Assembly (NCBI GenBank): GCA_003971905.1
Contig: RSEE01000061.1
Span: 248,001-312,000 of the forward strand
Reading direction: 5' to 3'
DNA: 64,000 nucleotides
Origin: Moniliella sp. 'wahieum'
Lineage: Eukaryota
The position numbers and the translations under genes were made by a program. This document shows, in pieces, positions 23,274 through 36,152 of the stretch. The notes below the pieces were generated by a model. The model saw only the letters and a list, made by a program, of their open reading frames with translations. It searched no databases and was not told the origin of the DNA. The first letter of the stretch is position 1, and the number at the start of each line of letters is the position of its first letter.

Positions 23274-25227
23274 ATGTCTGCCGCCGCCGCCGCCGCCGCC
23301 GCCCCCACCCCCGCCCCCGTCGCCGCCGCCTACTCGCCCCATGCCGACGCGTTCAACCTCACCCCCACCTACCACGAGGTTGTTATTGTCGGCGGCGGCG
23401 TGTCGTCGATTGGCATGACCATCCAGCTGGAGCAGAAGCTGGGCGTGACCGATGTCTTGATCCTGGAGAAGGAGAACGGCCTGTCGGGCACATGGCACGT
23501 CAACTCGTACCCCGGGTGCGCCTGCGACATCCCCGCCGCGCTCTACTCGTACTCCTTTGCTCAGAACCCCTACTGGTCCAAGATGCACCCCGGTGTGGCC
23601 GAGCTCAAGTCGTACTTTGAGAAGGTGGCCGACAAGTACCATGTGTCCCCCCGTGCCCGTCTCAACACGGTCGTTCTCGAGTCGCGCTTTGACGATGCGA
23701 CGGGCCTCTGGCACTTTATCGCCCAAGATGTCAACCCCCCCAACGATGGCTCGCCTCCTGCCCAGTACCACTATGTCAGCAAGATTTTCGTCATGGCCGT
23801 CGGCGGCTTGAGCGAGCCCAACAAGATCGACATTCCCGGCCACGAGAAGTTTACCGGCCCCATCTTCCACTCTCAGCGCTGGGACCACAGTGTGGATCTG
23901 AAGAACAAGGATGTGATTGTCGTTGGCAATGGCTGTACTGCTGCCCAATTGGTTCCCATTGTCCGGCGGGAGGCTAAGAGTTTGACCCAGTTTGCCCGTT
24001 CCAAGCACTGGATTGCACCGGTGCCTCACAACCCGCTGGAGGACTACGTTCCCGGATGGAAGTGGCTCATTCGTCATGTGCCGCTCATCATGTGGATCAA
24101 CCGCAGCCTGGTCTTTTTCGTCACCGAGTTTACCTTCAACCTGGTCAAGTTGGGCAAGTTTGGCAATCTGTTGCGCGCGCTGTGGAAGCGCTACTGCATT
24201 TCCCATGTCCACCGCCTCGCGCCCAAAAAGTACTGGGACCTGCTCATTCCGTCCGACAAGGAAGTCGTCGTTGGCTGCAAGCGTCGCATTTTCGACAACG
24301 ACTACCTCGCCAGTCTCAATGCGCCCAACATTGAGCTCATCCCGGAGAACCTGCAGAAGATTGGGAAAGACTACGTCGAAACCAAAGATGGCCGCCAAAT
24401 CCACGCGGATGCGATCATTATGTGCACTGGTTTCTCCATGCTTCGTGCAGGGTTCCCCATGTTCATCTATGGTCGCAATGGCGAGAGTTGCACCAGCACT
24501 GGGCCACGTATGGCCGCGGAGCCAACTATGCCTACCGGTCCTCGATGCAAGCCAACTTCCCCAACATGGGCATTCTGATGGGTGCCAACTCGGCTACAGG
24601 CCACACTTCGTACGTCTTGCCCGCTCTCTTGCTTTGTCTGATGGAGTTCCTGCTGACCCTTGTTTCTTATTTTTTTTTCTTTCCATCTCCAGGGTTATCT
24701 TCACGTCCGAGTCGCAGTACCGCTTCTTGCTCGAGGTGTTCAAGCCGATTCTTTTTGCGCCCGGGCCGACGTGGCGTGCGATCAAGCACTCGCCCTTGCC
24801 GCAGAGTCGGGAGCACGATGCGGGTCTGGCGCCTGTGGACCGCCAAGTACCTACCGTCGAGGTGACCTTGGCGGCCGAACTGAACGACCTGAACTGGGTG
24901 TGCAAGAAGATGACGCAGACTGTGTTCAACCTCGACTGTGGCGCGTGGTACAAGGACCGGCAAGCGGGGCGGGTGACAGCGATGCACCCCGACAGTCAGA
25001 TTGCGCTTCGTCGGCGACTCACGTTCCCCAACTGGTCCGACTTGGCCTACACCAACTTGCCCCACCATGCGCAGGTCCCGGCAACGATGCCGTGGTGGAA
25101 GTGGTACGGCAACCGGATCTTTGGTCTGGGCGCGCTGCCCATTGTCGACAAGGACGATGCGGCAATTGCGTATGCCAAGCCCTATGGCTCGCGCGCCGCC
25201 GAGGCCGAGGCCCAAAAAACCAAGTAG
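23274..25227 (+). CDS. Flavin-dependent monooxygenase, Baeyer-Villiger (type I BVMO) family; intron 24610-24692
   Basis: VIVGGGVS, GTWHVNSYPGCACD, BVMO fingerprint FTGPIFHSQRWD, second Rossmann motif VVGNGCTAAQ, GCKRRIFD, CTGF, FPN. Confidence 0.93.
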
Positions 25228-26384
25228 GCCCCTCGCCCGCGCGGCTCTCCTCCTCTCTTCCCATTTTATGTCCTGTGTATGTCGGTGTCACTACCATGCT
25301 TTCTTTTCCCCTTGTGTATCTCTGCGTGGCGGGGCCCTGCCATATAACGCATGGAACGTTGGAGCCATTCGTCGCCAGAGGGGGCCGAGGGGAGATGGGA
25401 GATCACATCGATCACATGAGAGGCTCACATCATAGGAGAGCGGGTGGGAGAGGTTGCTTTGTACTTGGGGTACGAAGGGCAGAGATGGCGAGGGTTAGGG
25501 ACTAGTTGGCCTGCTCAGCGGTGAGGCGCACCAGGGATGCGCACCCGAATAAGCGAGACCAACCCCGCGATCGAGCGGGGATAGGAAAGGGGGGAGCAGG
25601 CTGCGTGTAATATGAACGGTGACCGGTGACCGGTGATCGATGTTCTCGCTGATTGATCGATGAGGTCGATGAGGACCCATTCCATCGATTACAGTCTGAC
25701 AGCGGGGTACATAGTCTCTAGCAATGGACAGACACCCAGCCCTCCACAGGGTTAAACTTAACGTTAAGGAAGCGTGCAGCAGCATGGACTTGATGTATGG
25801 CGATTACGTTGATTAATGACTAGAATGACTGAGGCTGCAGCGTCCGGTGGAGTTGTCGGAGAATCCAGGCTGAGCCCAGCGGCTGAGCTGTGGTCTGTAA
25901 ACGTGTAAACGTTAAACGTGGAAACGTGGACCAGGAAGCGAAGGCTGGGGCGCGAGTATCAGCAGGCTGGGCCGAATAATGGGCTGACTCAGCTGCTGAG
26001 ACTGTCAGCGGCGTGAAGCTGAGGCGGCGCGGAGTAGAGCCGCGCAAGCGGCCGCTTTCAGCACGCTCGGGATTGGCACAGGCGCAGTCCCCGGTCCGGC
26101 TCGGGTAGCAAAAGCGCGGCCGCCGTGGAGGAGGTGACGAGGGCGGAGATGCACAGGAGGCAGATTACTACCGCAGTGGCTCTTCTTTTCCAGAGCAAAC
26201 CAAAGCCGCCAGGCAAACGCAGGGGCTAGGGTTGTGCTCGTCATGCACCATGCTCATGACTCATGCGTCAGGCGGTGCCGGCGTGGCGCGGGGGCAGTGG
26301 TGAAAATGCCATCGACCATCGATCCCCGGGCGTCTGAGGCATGACGTCAGACACAGCCTCCGTGCGGCGCAGTGCCCACCCGTC

Positions 26385-29300
26385 ACCGCCCACCGGTCAC
26401 CGGTCCCCCCCACATCCGACGGGCGAAGAAAACGACGGACGGGAAGCGAAGAAAGAAATAGTCCGACGAGCGGACAAAAGAAGGCTGCCTCCGTGCCGCC
26501 CGCGGCTGCAGCTCTTTTTAACGGCCACAGCCGCAGCCCACACCCGCCGCTTCTGCCTTCCACCTCGCCACCTCTCGCGCCCCCCCAATGGCTGCCATGA
26601 TGATGCTCCGCAGGCGAGCCGCCGCCCAGGCCCATGCCCTTGCTGCCCCCACCCCGGCGCTTGCCCTCGCTGCCGCCCGCCCCTGTCCTCGTCCGCGTCT
26701 CCCATCCGCGCTCGCCCTCCCCCCCACCTCGGTTCGCCGCGCCTTCTCGGCGCCCACGCCCAAAACCCATGCCGTGGCTGCTGCTGCCACCACCAAGCAG
26801 CACATCAAGTGTGTCTGTGCTCCGGCGCATCTGCCCTGTTCTGTCTGCACTGGTACTAACCTTTGTGTTCCTGTGTCTGTTGCAGTGAGTACCCCCGTCC
26901 CACGCCCGCCCCTTCGTTTCAAGCCCCCGAGCCTGCGCCCGAACCATCACGAGCGGAGGAGGAGGAGCTGGATCATTCCTTTGTGGGCATGACTGGCGGT
27001 CAGATTTTCCACGAGATGATGCGGCGGCACAATGTCAAGCACGTGTTTGGCTACCCTGGTGGCGCTGCGCTGCCCGTCTTTAGTGCGATCTACAAGTCCC
27101 CCTACTTTGACTTTGTTCTGCCGCGTCGGGAAGACGGGGCGGGTCATATGGCGGAAGGGTACGCTCGTGTGTCGGGCAAGCCGGGTGTGGTGCTGGTCAC
27201 GTCGGGCCCGGGTGCGACGAATGTGGTGACGCCGATGCAGGACGCTCTGTCCGACGGGCTTCCGCTCGTTGTCTTTTGTGGGCAGGTGGCCACGAGTGCG
27301 ATTGGGTCGGATGCGTTCCAAGAAGCCGACATGGTCGGCATTTCGCGCTCGTGCACAAAGTGGAACGTGATGGTCAAGAGTGTTGAGGAGCTGCCGCGTC
27401 GGATTAACGAAGCGTTCAAGATTGCCACGTCGGGCCGACCGGGTCCGGTGCTGGTGGACTTGCCCAAAGACATTACTGCTGGTGTGCTCCAACACCCGAT
27501 TCCCTTCTCCAGCACCCGCCCCAACGAGGCGGCCATTCCCTCGCGTGCGACCGCCGCCCGACGTGCGATTCCGCCCCATTCAGCTTCGACCCCTGCCCTG
27601 AGCGCGCAGATGCAAGAGGCCGCTCGCCTGATCAACCAGGCCAAGCGGCCTGTCATTTATGCTGGCGCTGGCATTCTGTCCTCGCCCGAGGGCCCCAAGT
27701 TGCTTGCTCAGCTTGCTGAGACAGCCAGCATCCCGGTCACCACCACCCTCCAGGGCTTGGGCTCGTTCCCAGAGACGAACGAACTGTCGCTGCACATGCT
27801 TGGCATGCACGGTTCTGCCTATGCCAACTTGGCGATGCAAGAGGCGGATGTGATCATTGCCCTCGGCGCACGGTTTGACGACCGTGTGACGGGACGGGTG
27901 GACGAGTTTGCCCCCGTGGCGCGCAAGGCCGCCGTCGAAGGTCGCGGCGGCATTATTCACTTTGAGATTATGCCCAAGAACATCAACAAGGTGGTCCAAG
28001 CGACGTGTGCGATTGAGGGCGACGTGGTCAAGAACCTGGGGGAGATGTTGGGGGAGATTAAGGCGGTTCCCAAGTCGGAGCGCGAGCAGTGGCTCGGTGC
28101 GATTCAGTCGTGGAAGAAGCGGTATCCGTTCACCTATACTCCCTCCGACCCCACCAAGGGAGAGATGTTGAAGCCGCAAGAGGTCATCACCGCGCTGGAT
28201 GCGGCGGTGGCCAAAGCTGGGCGTAAGGCCGACACGATTATTGCCACGGGCGTCGGACAGCACCAGATGTGGGCGTGCCAGTTTTACCGATGGACCAATC
28301 CGCACACGTGGGTCTCCTCTGGCGGTCTGGGTACCATGGGCTTTGGTGTGCCCTCAGCGATTGGGGCCAAAGTGGCGTCGCCCGAAAAGACGGTGGTGGA
28401 CATTGATGGCGATGCCTCCTTTTCCATGACGGCCATGGAGCTGGCCACGCGGCGGAATTTGGAATTGGGGTCAAGGTGCTCGTGTTGAACAATGAGTTCC
28501 AAGGCATGGTGTTGCAATGGCAAGACTTGTTCTACAATGCCGAGTACGCCCATACCAAGATGACCAATCCCAACTTTGTCAAGTTGGCCGAGGCGATGGG
28601 CATCAAGGCGCTGCGGGTGGACAATGCGGCGGACCTGCCGGCCAAGATGGACGAGTTCCTCAACCCCCAATGACAAGCCCATCTTTATGGAGGCGCGTGT
28701 GACGCGCACCGAACACGTCTTCCCCATGGTTGCCGCAGGCAAGGCGCTGAACGAGTTTATCGTACACGAGTCGCTGCGCGAAAAGAGCTCGTGAGGCCCT
28801 ACCGCCGCCTGCCCTCGCCTTTGATGTCCAGCGGAGGTTTCTCCTTTTGATCCGGGGCTACTGCTTGCCTCCGCTACATCGCACTGGCTTCAAATGTGCA
28901 TGTGTGCATGTCCTGCTGGCTTGCATGCACCTATGTATACCGCATCTTCTCCCTCTCTTCTTGCTCGACCATGCCCATCTTCTACTCTTGGATCAAACAT
29001 ACTATGTCTCCTTCCTTCTCCTGCCGTTCGTCCTTCCCCGCCCTTTCTCACAGGATGGGCGCCGATGACGGCAGCATGTGCCCGGCTGGTGTGCGACTGG
29101 ATGTGTGCCATTGCTACTGTACAAAAATGCCATGAACATCGATCTGATTGCAGTACTGAGTACTGAGTACAAGCGACAGCGTGAGGATCGATGGATCGAT
29201 GACCTGTGCCGGACGCACTAGCGCACTGGCCCTCCGTCTTGGCCGTCCCGGCACAGCGCCCCTCTTCCCTGGCTGCTGGGCCAAGAGGGGCGCCCTGCGC

Positions 29301-29385
29301 CTGGTGCCACACACGCCCTGTGCCGGCGGTGGGGGTGCGATAGGCGCAAACGGGTGCAGTGGCGTGGAGCCAACAGTGCTGGGAC
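26385..29385 (+). repeat. Direct segmental duplication, copy A (ILV2 plus flanks)
   Basis: Aligns by eye over its whole length with 39241-42588, except that copy B has an extra ~330 bp (about 42036-42365). Confidence 0.97.
26588..28794 (+). CDS. ILV2: Acetolactate synthase catalytic subunit, copy A; intron 26809-26885
   Basis: Mitochondrial-type presequence, [82 protein letters not shown]. Confidence 0.97.
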
Positions 29386-30850
29386 GTTAGGCAGTCGGAA
29401 TCCAGGGTCCACCAACATAGGCTGGGCAGTGGCCCCTTGGGAGGGGGTGTCTCAGCTGGGCAGGGCGGTTCGAAATATGTACGCGCGTGGGCATCTGAGA
29501 CACACGACGGGCAGCTGCATGCGGTGAGCATTGGGTGATGCGCAACTGCGGCCTGGCGAATGCGGTGGGCAATGGGTGATGCGCCCGGTGCTGCTGCTGT
29601 GCATCGTGGGCGCGGCTCTGTACGCCAAGTCGATGCGATATGCACAAGTCCGTGCAATATGCGCAAGCCAATGCAGTACGCACAAAAACACAAAGTCGTG
29701 CAACGCGCAAAGGTCCATGCGATGTGCCCATGCAGATATGCACAAGTGGAGCAGATACGCCCAAGTCGATACCGGCATGTGCTACACCTAAGTCGATGGC
29801 ACTGGATGCAGACGGCGTGCCTACGCCGAGTGGAACTGGGACTTGTGCGCAAAACACACACGGCTAACAAAATATGCACAAGCCGAGGACTGAATTATAT
29901 ATCCAAAGCCGACGCAAATATGCCAAGGCGATGCAAATAGGCAAACTGACGAGTACATCGGCCAGTTGCAAATCGCCCATCAGAGCACCCTGCCCAACCC
30001 CCAACGGCCGCTTCTTTCCGCCTTCTCACCACCATGTCGGTCACCAACTTATGGCCAAAGTTTACGCTTCCTCCTGCACTATGCCGTTTCCTATATACAC
30101 CATGGCCATGTTAGAGGCAACTGTTCGTAGTTTGTTACGACAAGCAAGATATTTGATACAAAAACTAGCGAGACGCGCGCATGTGCATGCTAGAAAAGGG
30201 ATATCAACGTGTGCCAGAGCACCAACTGTGTATGATATACAGACGTTGTACAGAGAGACTGGTGTGTCATGCCTGTCATTGCAAGTGCAGAGTGAGTAGC
30301 TATAGCGAGTGTTGCCAACGGCAGATGCATCTTTAAACCAGGTGCTCGAGGCTCATCATCACAACGGGGAACGAGACAATCAACATTCGGTCTTGGGGTT
30401 CAGTTGGAAGCAGACGGCCAACAGAAGTGAAGAAGTATGAATAACGTGCGTCTTTTGCATTTTTCGAGACCCAGTGGATCATGTTTGGGAACATGTACAT
30501 GCACACAGTGCTTCACAACATATGGATAGCTTTCATACACTATGCACAAACAGACTGTTGTGCAGGAGGGGTGGGGGGCTCAGGCTTTCCACACAACCAC
30601 ATATATATTGCGGAGGGGCATTGGTCGACATGAGCGTCAATGTTATCTTGGGAAGCAGGCGCTTGCCCCATATGAGGTTTGATTCATACTTTCCATTAAT
30701 TATTGGGAAGAATACGAGGCCTTCACACCATAATGGCTTAGTGAAGAGCAGAAAAGGGAGGAAGAGTCTTAGTAATACTACGGTATTCCTTGTAAATATA
30801 TACCAACCATCCCATGTCTTTCACTATGGTGTTTCCTTTCAACAGCAACT

Positions 30851-31620
30851 ATGGTCATACCGGCAAGACTTATGATGTTAGACCCTAACTCTATGCGGAC
30901 AGCGTGTGCGCGATATGGTGTCGTGGAAGAACACCGATGGGTACAAATTGCTCTCGAGCGCATGAAAGGGAGCGCCACGAATTGGTCCTTCCATCAACAA
31001 GAGGATTATTGGCGCTGGGCGCATGAGGAGCTGAGTACGCAAGAATCGAATCGGCTGGAGTATTTCAGCACGTGGAGAGCGTTTTGCGAGGTGGCGATGA
31101 AGCAATTTGGAGACGTGCAATCTGCGTTGCGAGCACGAAATGCTTTGAAGCGCCTGGAGCAAGGGAACAGTACGGTTAAGAAGTACGGCAGTACGTTCCT
31201 GGACCTTCTGCGGGAGGTGCTGGAGGTGGGCGAGGACAACAGCCTCTATATCATGGATTTTGTTGGTGAGCTTTCGTCTTTCCTCCGTCAAGTGTATACC
31301 TCGCAAACGCATCAAGCTCATTTTACATCGGTTCAAGATGATCGAATGGGCCTCGGGTGTGGAAGCAACCCAAGAGATCCTTATGGGGCCTAATCGTCGC
31401 AAGCTACGGCGGGAGAACAAAAACTCGAGTCATACGGCAAACCGTGGAAGTGGATCGACCGAACTTTTCGGCGAACCAATGGATTTAGACGGAGCTGAGG
31501 TGCAGCAAGGCCGTCGGTTTCGGAACCAGCACCGTATCAGTAATGCCGAGTACTTTCGCCGCCGGCAGGCTGAAGTGTGCGTCCGTTGCGGAAAAGCCGG
31601 GCACTAGAAGAGTAGCTGCC
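30851..31620 (+). pseudogene. Ty3/gypsy gag (capsid-like region and CCHC zinc knuckle), disrupted
   Basis: TWRAF...QFGD...ARNALKRLEQG..TVKKY, GEPMDLD, and knuckle CVRCGKAGH*KSSC with an in-frame TAG. Confidence 0.85.
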
Positions 31621-34470
31621 CCGACGCAGGAACACGCACGCAAACACAGGCGTCGCAATCGCAGCAACGCCAAGGGACGGCGACAACAACGACGCGGGAA
31701 GGCACGCTGCAGGGAGGCAGCGGTGCGGCGTCGGGGGCGTCGCATTAGGGGCAAGGGCCCCAACGTGGACGTGTGCCATGTCCACCTGCTCAGGAGAGAA
31801 GGGAAGCTTGCAACCGCACCCTTGCGAGTTTCTACCGAGCAGGGCACACGATCCACGCTATAAGCCTAGTGGACACGGAGCAGAGAAATCGTTGGTGGAC
31901 ATTAAGGAAGCGCAAGCCAGCGGGTGCGTTTTAACCCCTCTCCCTGCCCCTCTTCAGGTTCGCCTGTTGGATGGAAGTCGGAGCTCAGCTGGACAAATCA
32001 CTCACACATGCACTGTGTCATTTATGTTGGGCTCGCGTCGGTTCAGTCACGAATTTTTCGTTTCCCGCCTTCCGCGTTATCCTTTTGTCTTGGGAGCCGA
32101 TTTTCTTTGTTCGTATGAGGCCAACCTTCAGTTTGAGCGGAACGGGTCGGCACGCCTCAGCTTCGATGCGGGTAGCGTTGTGGTGGCGTGCAGTGGGATT
32201 GCAGATCTTCAACTCGTCTCTCTGCTACCAAGTTCAACCATGAACTGGAGGCAGATGAAGGTCTCGAAGTGGTGTGATGCTTGTCGACGAACGAGGGGAG
32301 GTTGTTCTGAGCGAGCAAGAGCTGTGTATGGCTGGTGCGGAGACCCAGCCTGATTCGGAGGCGGGGTAAGAAGCGGAGCGCGCCGTCAGTACCATGCCGC
32401 AGGAGCTTAGGATGGTTCGGGACCCTAGGGACGATGTGGTGAGTGAGGAGGATCCCATCGACGGTGTCTACCCAGAGTCACCCAAGCCAAGACCACTCGA
32501 AGAGATTGCCAAGCTGATTCCTCCCGAGTACGCTGATTTGGTTGGAGCGTTTGACGAGAATAGGCTGAATCGCTTGCCTCCTCGTCGGCCGGGATATGAT
32601 CATGAGATTGAGCTGCTTCCTGATGCTAAGCCTTACTTTGGCAAGATCTATCCCTTATCAACAGTGGAGTCGGAGCAACTGGCCAAATGGGTACGGGATA
32701 ATTTGGCACGAGGCTGGATTAGTCGCTCGACTTCGGCGTGGCGGTCCCTAGTACTCTTTGTGAGGAAGAAGTCTGGGGAATTGGGGTGGTGACCGACATG
32801 CGTGGGGTTAATGCACGTTCAACCAAGAAGAGGGTTCCTTTACCCTTGATTGATGAGACGCTGCAGCGTATGACAGGGTACAAGTACTACACGCAACTGG
32901 ACCTCAAGAGCGCGTACAACCTTTTACGAGTAGCGCCCAAGTCGGTCCCTCTGACGGCTGTGGGGACAAAGTTTGGGTCGTTCGTCTCCAACGTGATGCC
33001 GTTTGGATTACAAGGATCCGAGAGCCACCTTTACTACCCTTATCAACGCTGTGCTGTCCGACCTTATCGATTCGCACGTTTTCTGCTACCTGGACGACGT
33101 GGCCATTGTCAATAATGACCGTGACGAACATGTTCGAACCGTACGTGAGGTTCTTACACGCCTTCGGGATAACCAATTGGTTGTGGGTATTGACAAGTGT
33201 AATTTCTTCAAGGAGTCCATTGTGTACCTTGGTCACAGAGTTGGAAGAACTGGTTTGGCATTGGAGGCTGATCGGGTCGAGGGGTGGTGGATTGGCCGGC
33301 TCCTAGGTCAACCAAGGAGCTGCTTCGGTTGCTGGGGTTTATGAATTTCTGCCGCATCTATGTGCCTCAATACTCCAAGTATACCGCTCCACTAACTCAA
33401 CTGCTTCACAAGGGGCAGAAGTGGGAGTGGACGGAGGTGCACCAGCGGTCGTTTGAAGCATTGAAGAAGGCTTTCACCCAGACCCCAGTACTGGCACCGT
33501 TCGATCAGACCAAGCCATTACGAATCGAGACGGACGCGAGTGGCTATGCAGCGGCTGCCGTGCTTTTCCAAGTGCATCAAGGATGACAGACAGAAACCGG
33601 TTGTGTATTGGTCACGCAAGCTCTCTCCACAAGAGCAACGATGGGGGGTTGGAGATCAAGAGCTCCTTCCTATCGTGGAGGTGATCAAGACGTTTAGGCA
33701 CCTGGTCGAGTCGGCTCCAGAACTTGAGCTGGTGACAGACCACAAGAATATCGTTACTTTTAACGATGAGGGCCAACGCAACCGAGACGTCAAGCTCGAT
33801 GGAGAGTCTTCTTGTCTGTATACCAACCGCGCATGATTTATCGCCCAGGCTCCCAAAACCGGGCGGCTGATGCCTTGTCGCGTCGGCCGGATTTGGTTGA
33901 GCAAGCGAAAGCAGAGGGAGCGATGGATGAGGCTGAATGGAAAAATGCCGATTCTACGAGCCAAGTCGGAAGTACATGACGATGGCTATGACTCTCTGCT
34001 TTGGTATGGCAACGCGTGGGAGGAGAAGCAAGCAACAATGGGTGCCATTTGGGCGAAACGGAACCAGTGGAAGTGCCTGAAGGCGAGATACTGGAAGCGA
34101 TTCGGGATTTGAAGGAGCACGATGGAGGGTACCAAGTGGTTGTGGAGACCGGGTTGCAGAGGGTTGTGCACACCGGTTGGATACGAGGTCCGAAACGGTC
34201 TGCTCTACTTCCAAGGTCGTCTCTATGTCCCCGAGTCGGATGCCCTACGCTACACGCCTCTCCAAGATCATCACGACCTACCCGAGGCAGGGCGCCAAGG
34301 TCGAGAACGGACGTACGACTTGCTTGCTCGTTACTATTACTGGCCGGGCATGACCGAATCGGTCCGTCAGTATGTGAGCACCTGCTCGTCTTGTTAACTT
34401 ACTAAGAGCCGTCGCCACCGTCCGTATGGTTTGCTTCAACCATTGGAGGTGCCCGCAAGACCATGGTCCA

Positions 34471-34698
34471 TGTGGAGCCAGGTGGCTCGTGCTTTGGCCA
34501 ATGTCCCTTCAGTTCCTCCTCAGACCTAGGAGTTCCGTTGTTTTCTCTCTCCTGTTTTTCCTTGTTCCGCAGCTTAGCCCCTGGTGGCGACTCGCTGCTT
34601 GATGTTCCTCAGTAGGCGTTGCTGGTTGGCTTAGACCACCACCACCACTAGTGCGATTGCATCACCCTCGAGGACCATCTGGACTCCAGGTCTCATCA
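34471..34698. mobile_element. 228-bp solo LTR inserted in the gypsy integrase, with 5-bp TSD GTCCA
   Basis: TG...CA ends; GTCCA at 34466-34470 and 34699-34703; removing it restores integrase PWSSISMDHF. A related copy lies at about 4274-4493. Confidence 0.9.
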
Positions 34699-35113
34699 GT
34701 CCAGCATTTCTATGGATCATTTCGGGCCTTTGCCCGAGGGAGGGAAAGGAGAAGAAAATGAGGCACTGAACCAAGTTCTGTGGTGGTGGTGGAACGCTTG
34801 TCCAAGATGCTGGTGCTCATTCCTTGCAGCACATCAGATGGAGCCAGGATGCTTTTGAAGCGGTTGGAAAGGCACATTTTCCACGTGTTTGGACGACCAA
34901 TTGAAATTGTGAGCGACCGAGGACCTCTTCACATCGTCCGATTTTGCTCAGTTTTGTGTCCGACATGGCATACGGCAAAGCCTTGCTACTACCCAACATC
35001 CTCAATCCGATGGTCAATCGGAGCGATTTGTGGACCTGGCCAAAATTCATTTGAGGCATTTTGTGAATCATATGCAAAGTGACTGGCTTCAATACCTCCC
35101 AAGTGTCTCGTTG

Positions 35114-36152
35114 TGTCACGGGCTGCGGCGGACACGAGATGGTCCGACCCAAGCTAAGGCCCGCCTGCTCCGCACATGCCCAGTAGAGCGTGCTCCGCAG
35201 GCCAACCAAGTGTGATGATGGTTGACTAAATTAAGTATCGTGGCCGAAGGGCCATGCTCCGTGCGACAATAGTCGCCCCCCCCCAAGTCCAAGTCGGCCG
35301 GCCTAAATAAGGCCACCGAGCTTCCAGTGCCGTGGCGACGACTGTCGCCCCGTCCCCGTTTCCTTTTCCTTTTCCTTTTTCGGTCGCGCCTGCGGCGACC
35401 ACCCCGCTTTTGACGTGTCTTCCTTTCTACACCCCCTCTTGTATCCGTTTCCCTTTTTACCCTGCCTGTACCCCTGGTTGATGGGGATCTTTTCCCCACC
35501 CACAGCGGTAGTCCCACCCTCCCGCTACACTTCCCACTAATACACCACGGCGGTAGCACCAACCGTCGAGGCGCTGCACCTCTTGTTCACTCTTGCTCAA
35601 AACTTCCCACCGCCATATCTCCAACAGTACTGCACCCCCCGCGCCCCATTTTCACCAGAGGTACTCCTGACTGCCGTGACAATGTCCAATTAGCCTTCCA
35701 TTCTCGTCTCAACCCTCCATTTCGTCCCTTTCCCGCCTATCTTGTCCGACTCCTGCCCGTTTCCAGCCAATTGATCCAGTACAGGCAGCTCCTCTTGTTA
35801 GCGTCCGACATCTCCTCCGACCTCGTCCTCCAGCCTTTCGTCAATCCCATCGCGCGAGCCTTTCTTTGGTCGCGGCGATTCCCAGTCTCAGTTGAGGCAG
35901 TGTTTGTCCCCCTCTGCCTCCTCCCGTCCCTAAGTTCCGGAGGCTTCAGACACGTTACTACGGCCCAAGCCGGTGCAGACGCAGCCTTGCCACACGTGCA
36001 GCCGCCCCACCAAAGGCCTCTCCTCGTCCCTAGCTCCGCTCGGACGCACCAACCAGCCTAAGCCCGAAACTACCGTGAGTCGACCTACCGTCGCCTAAGG
36101 GATTGTACCCAAAACCCCCAGGGTGGGCCCCTGGCGGCGCCCGCCCGTGACA
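35114..36152. mobile_element. 1039-bp solo LTR inserted in the gypsy integrase
   Basis: Perfect 10-bp inverted termini TGTCACGGGC...GCCCGTGACA; flanks GTTG / GTTTG (5-bp TSD with one T missing); removal restores LPSVSFALNTAKASSTGLSPF. Confidence 0.88.
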
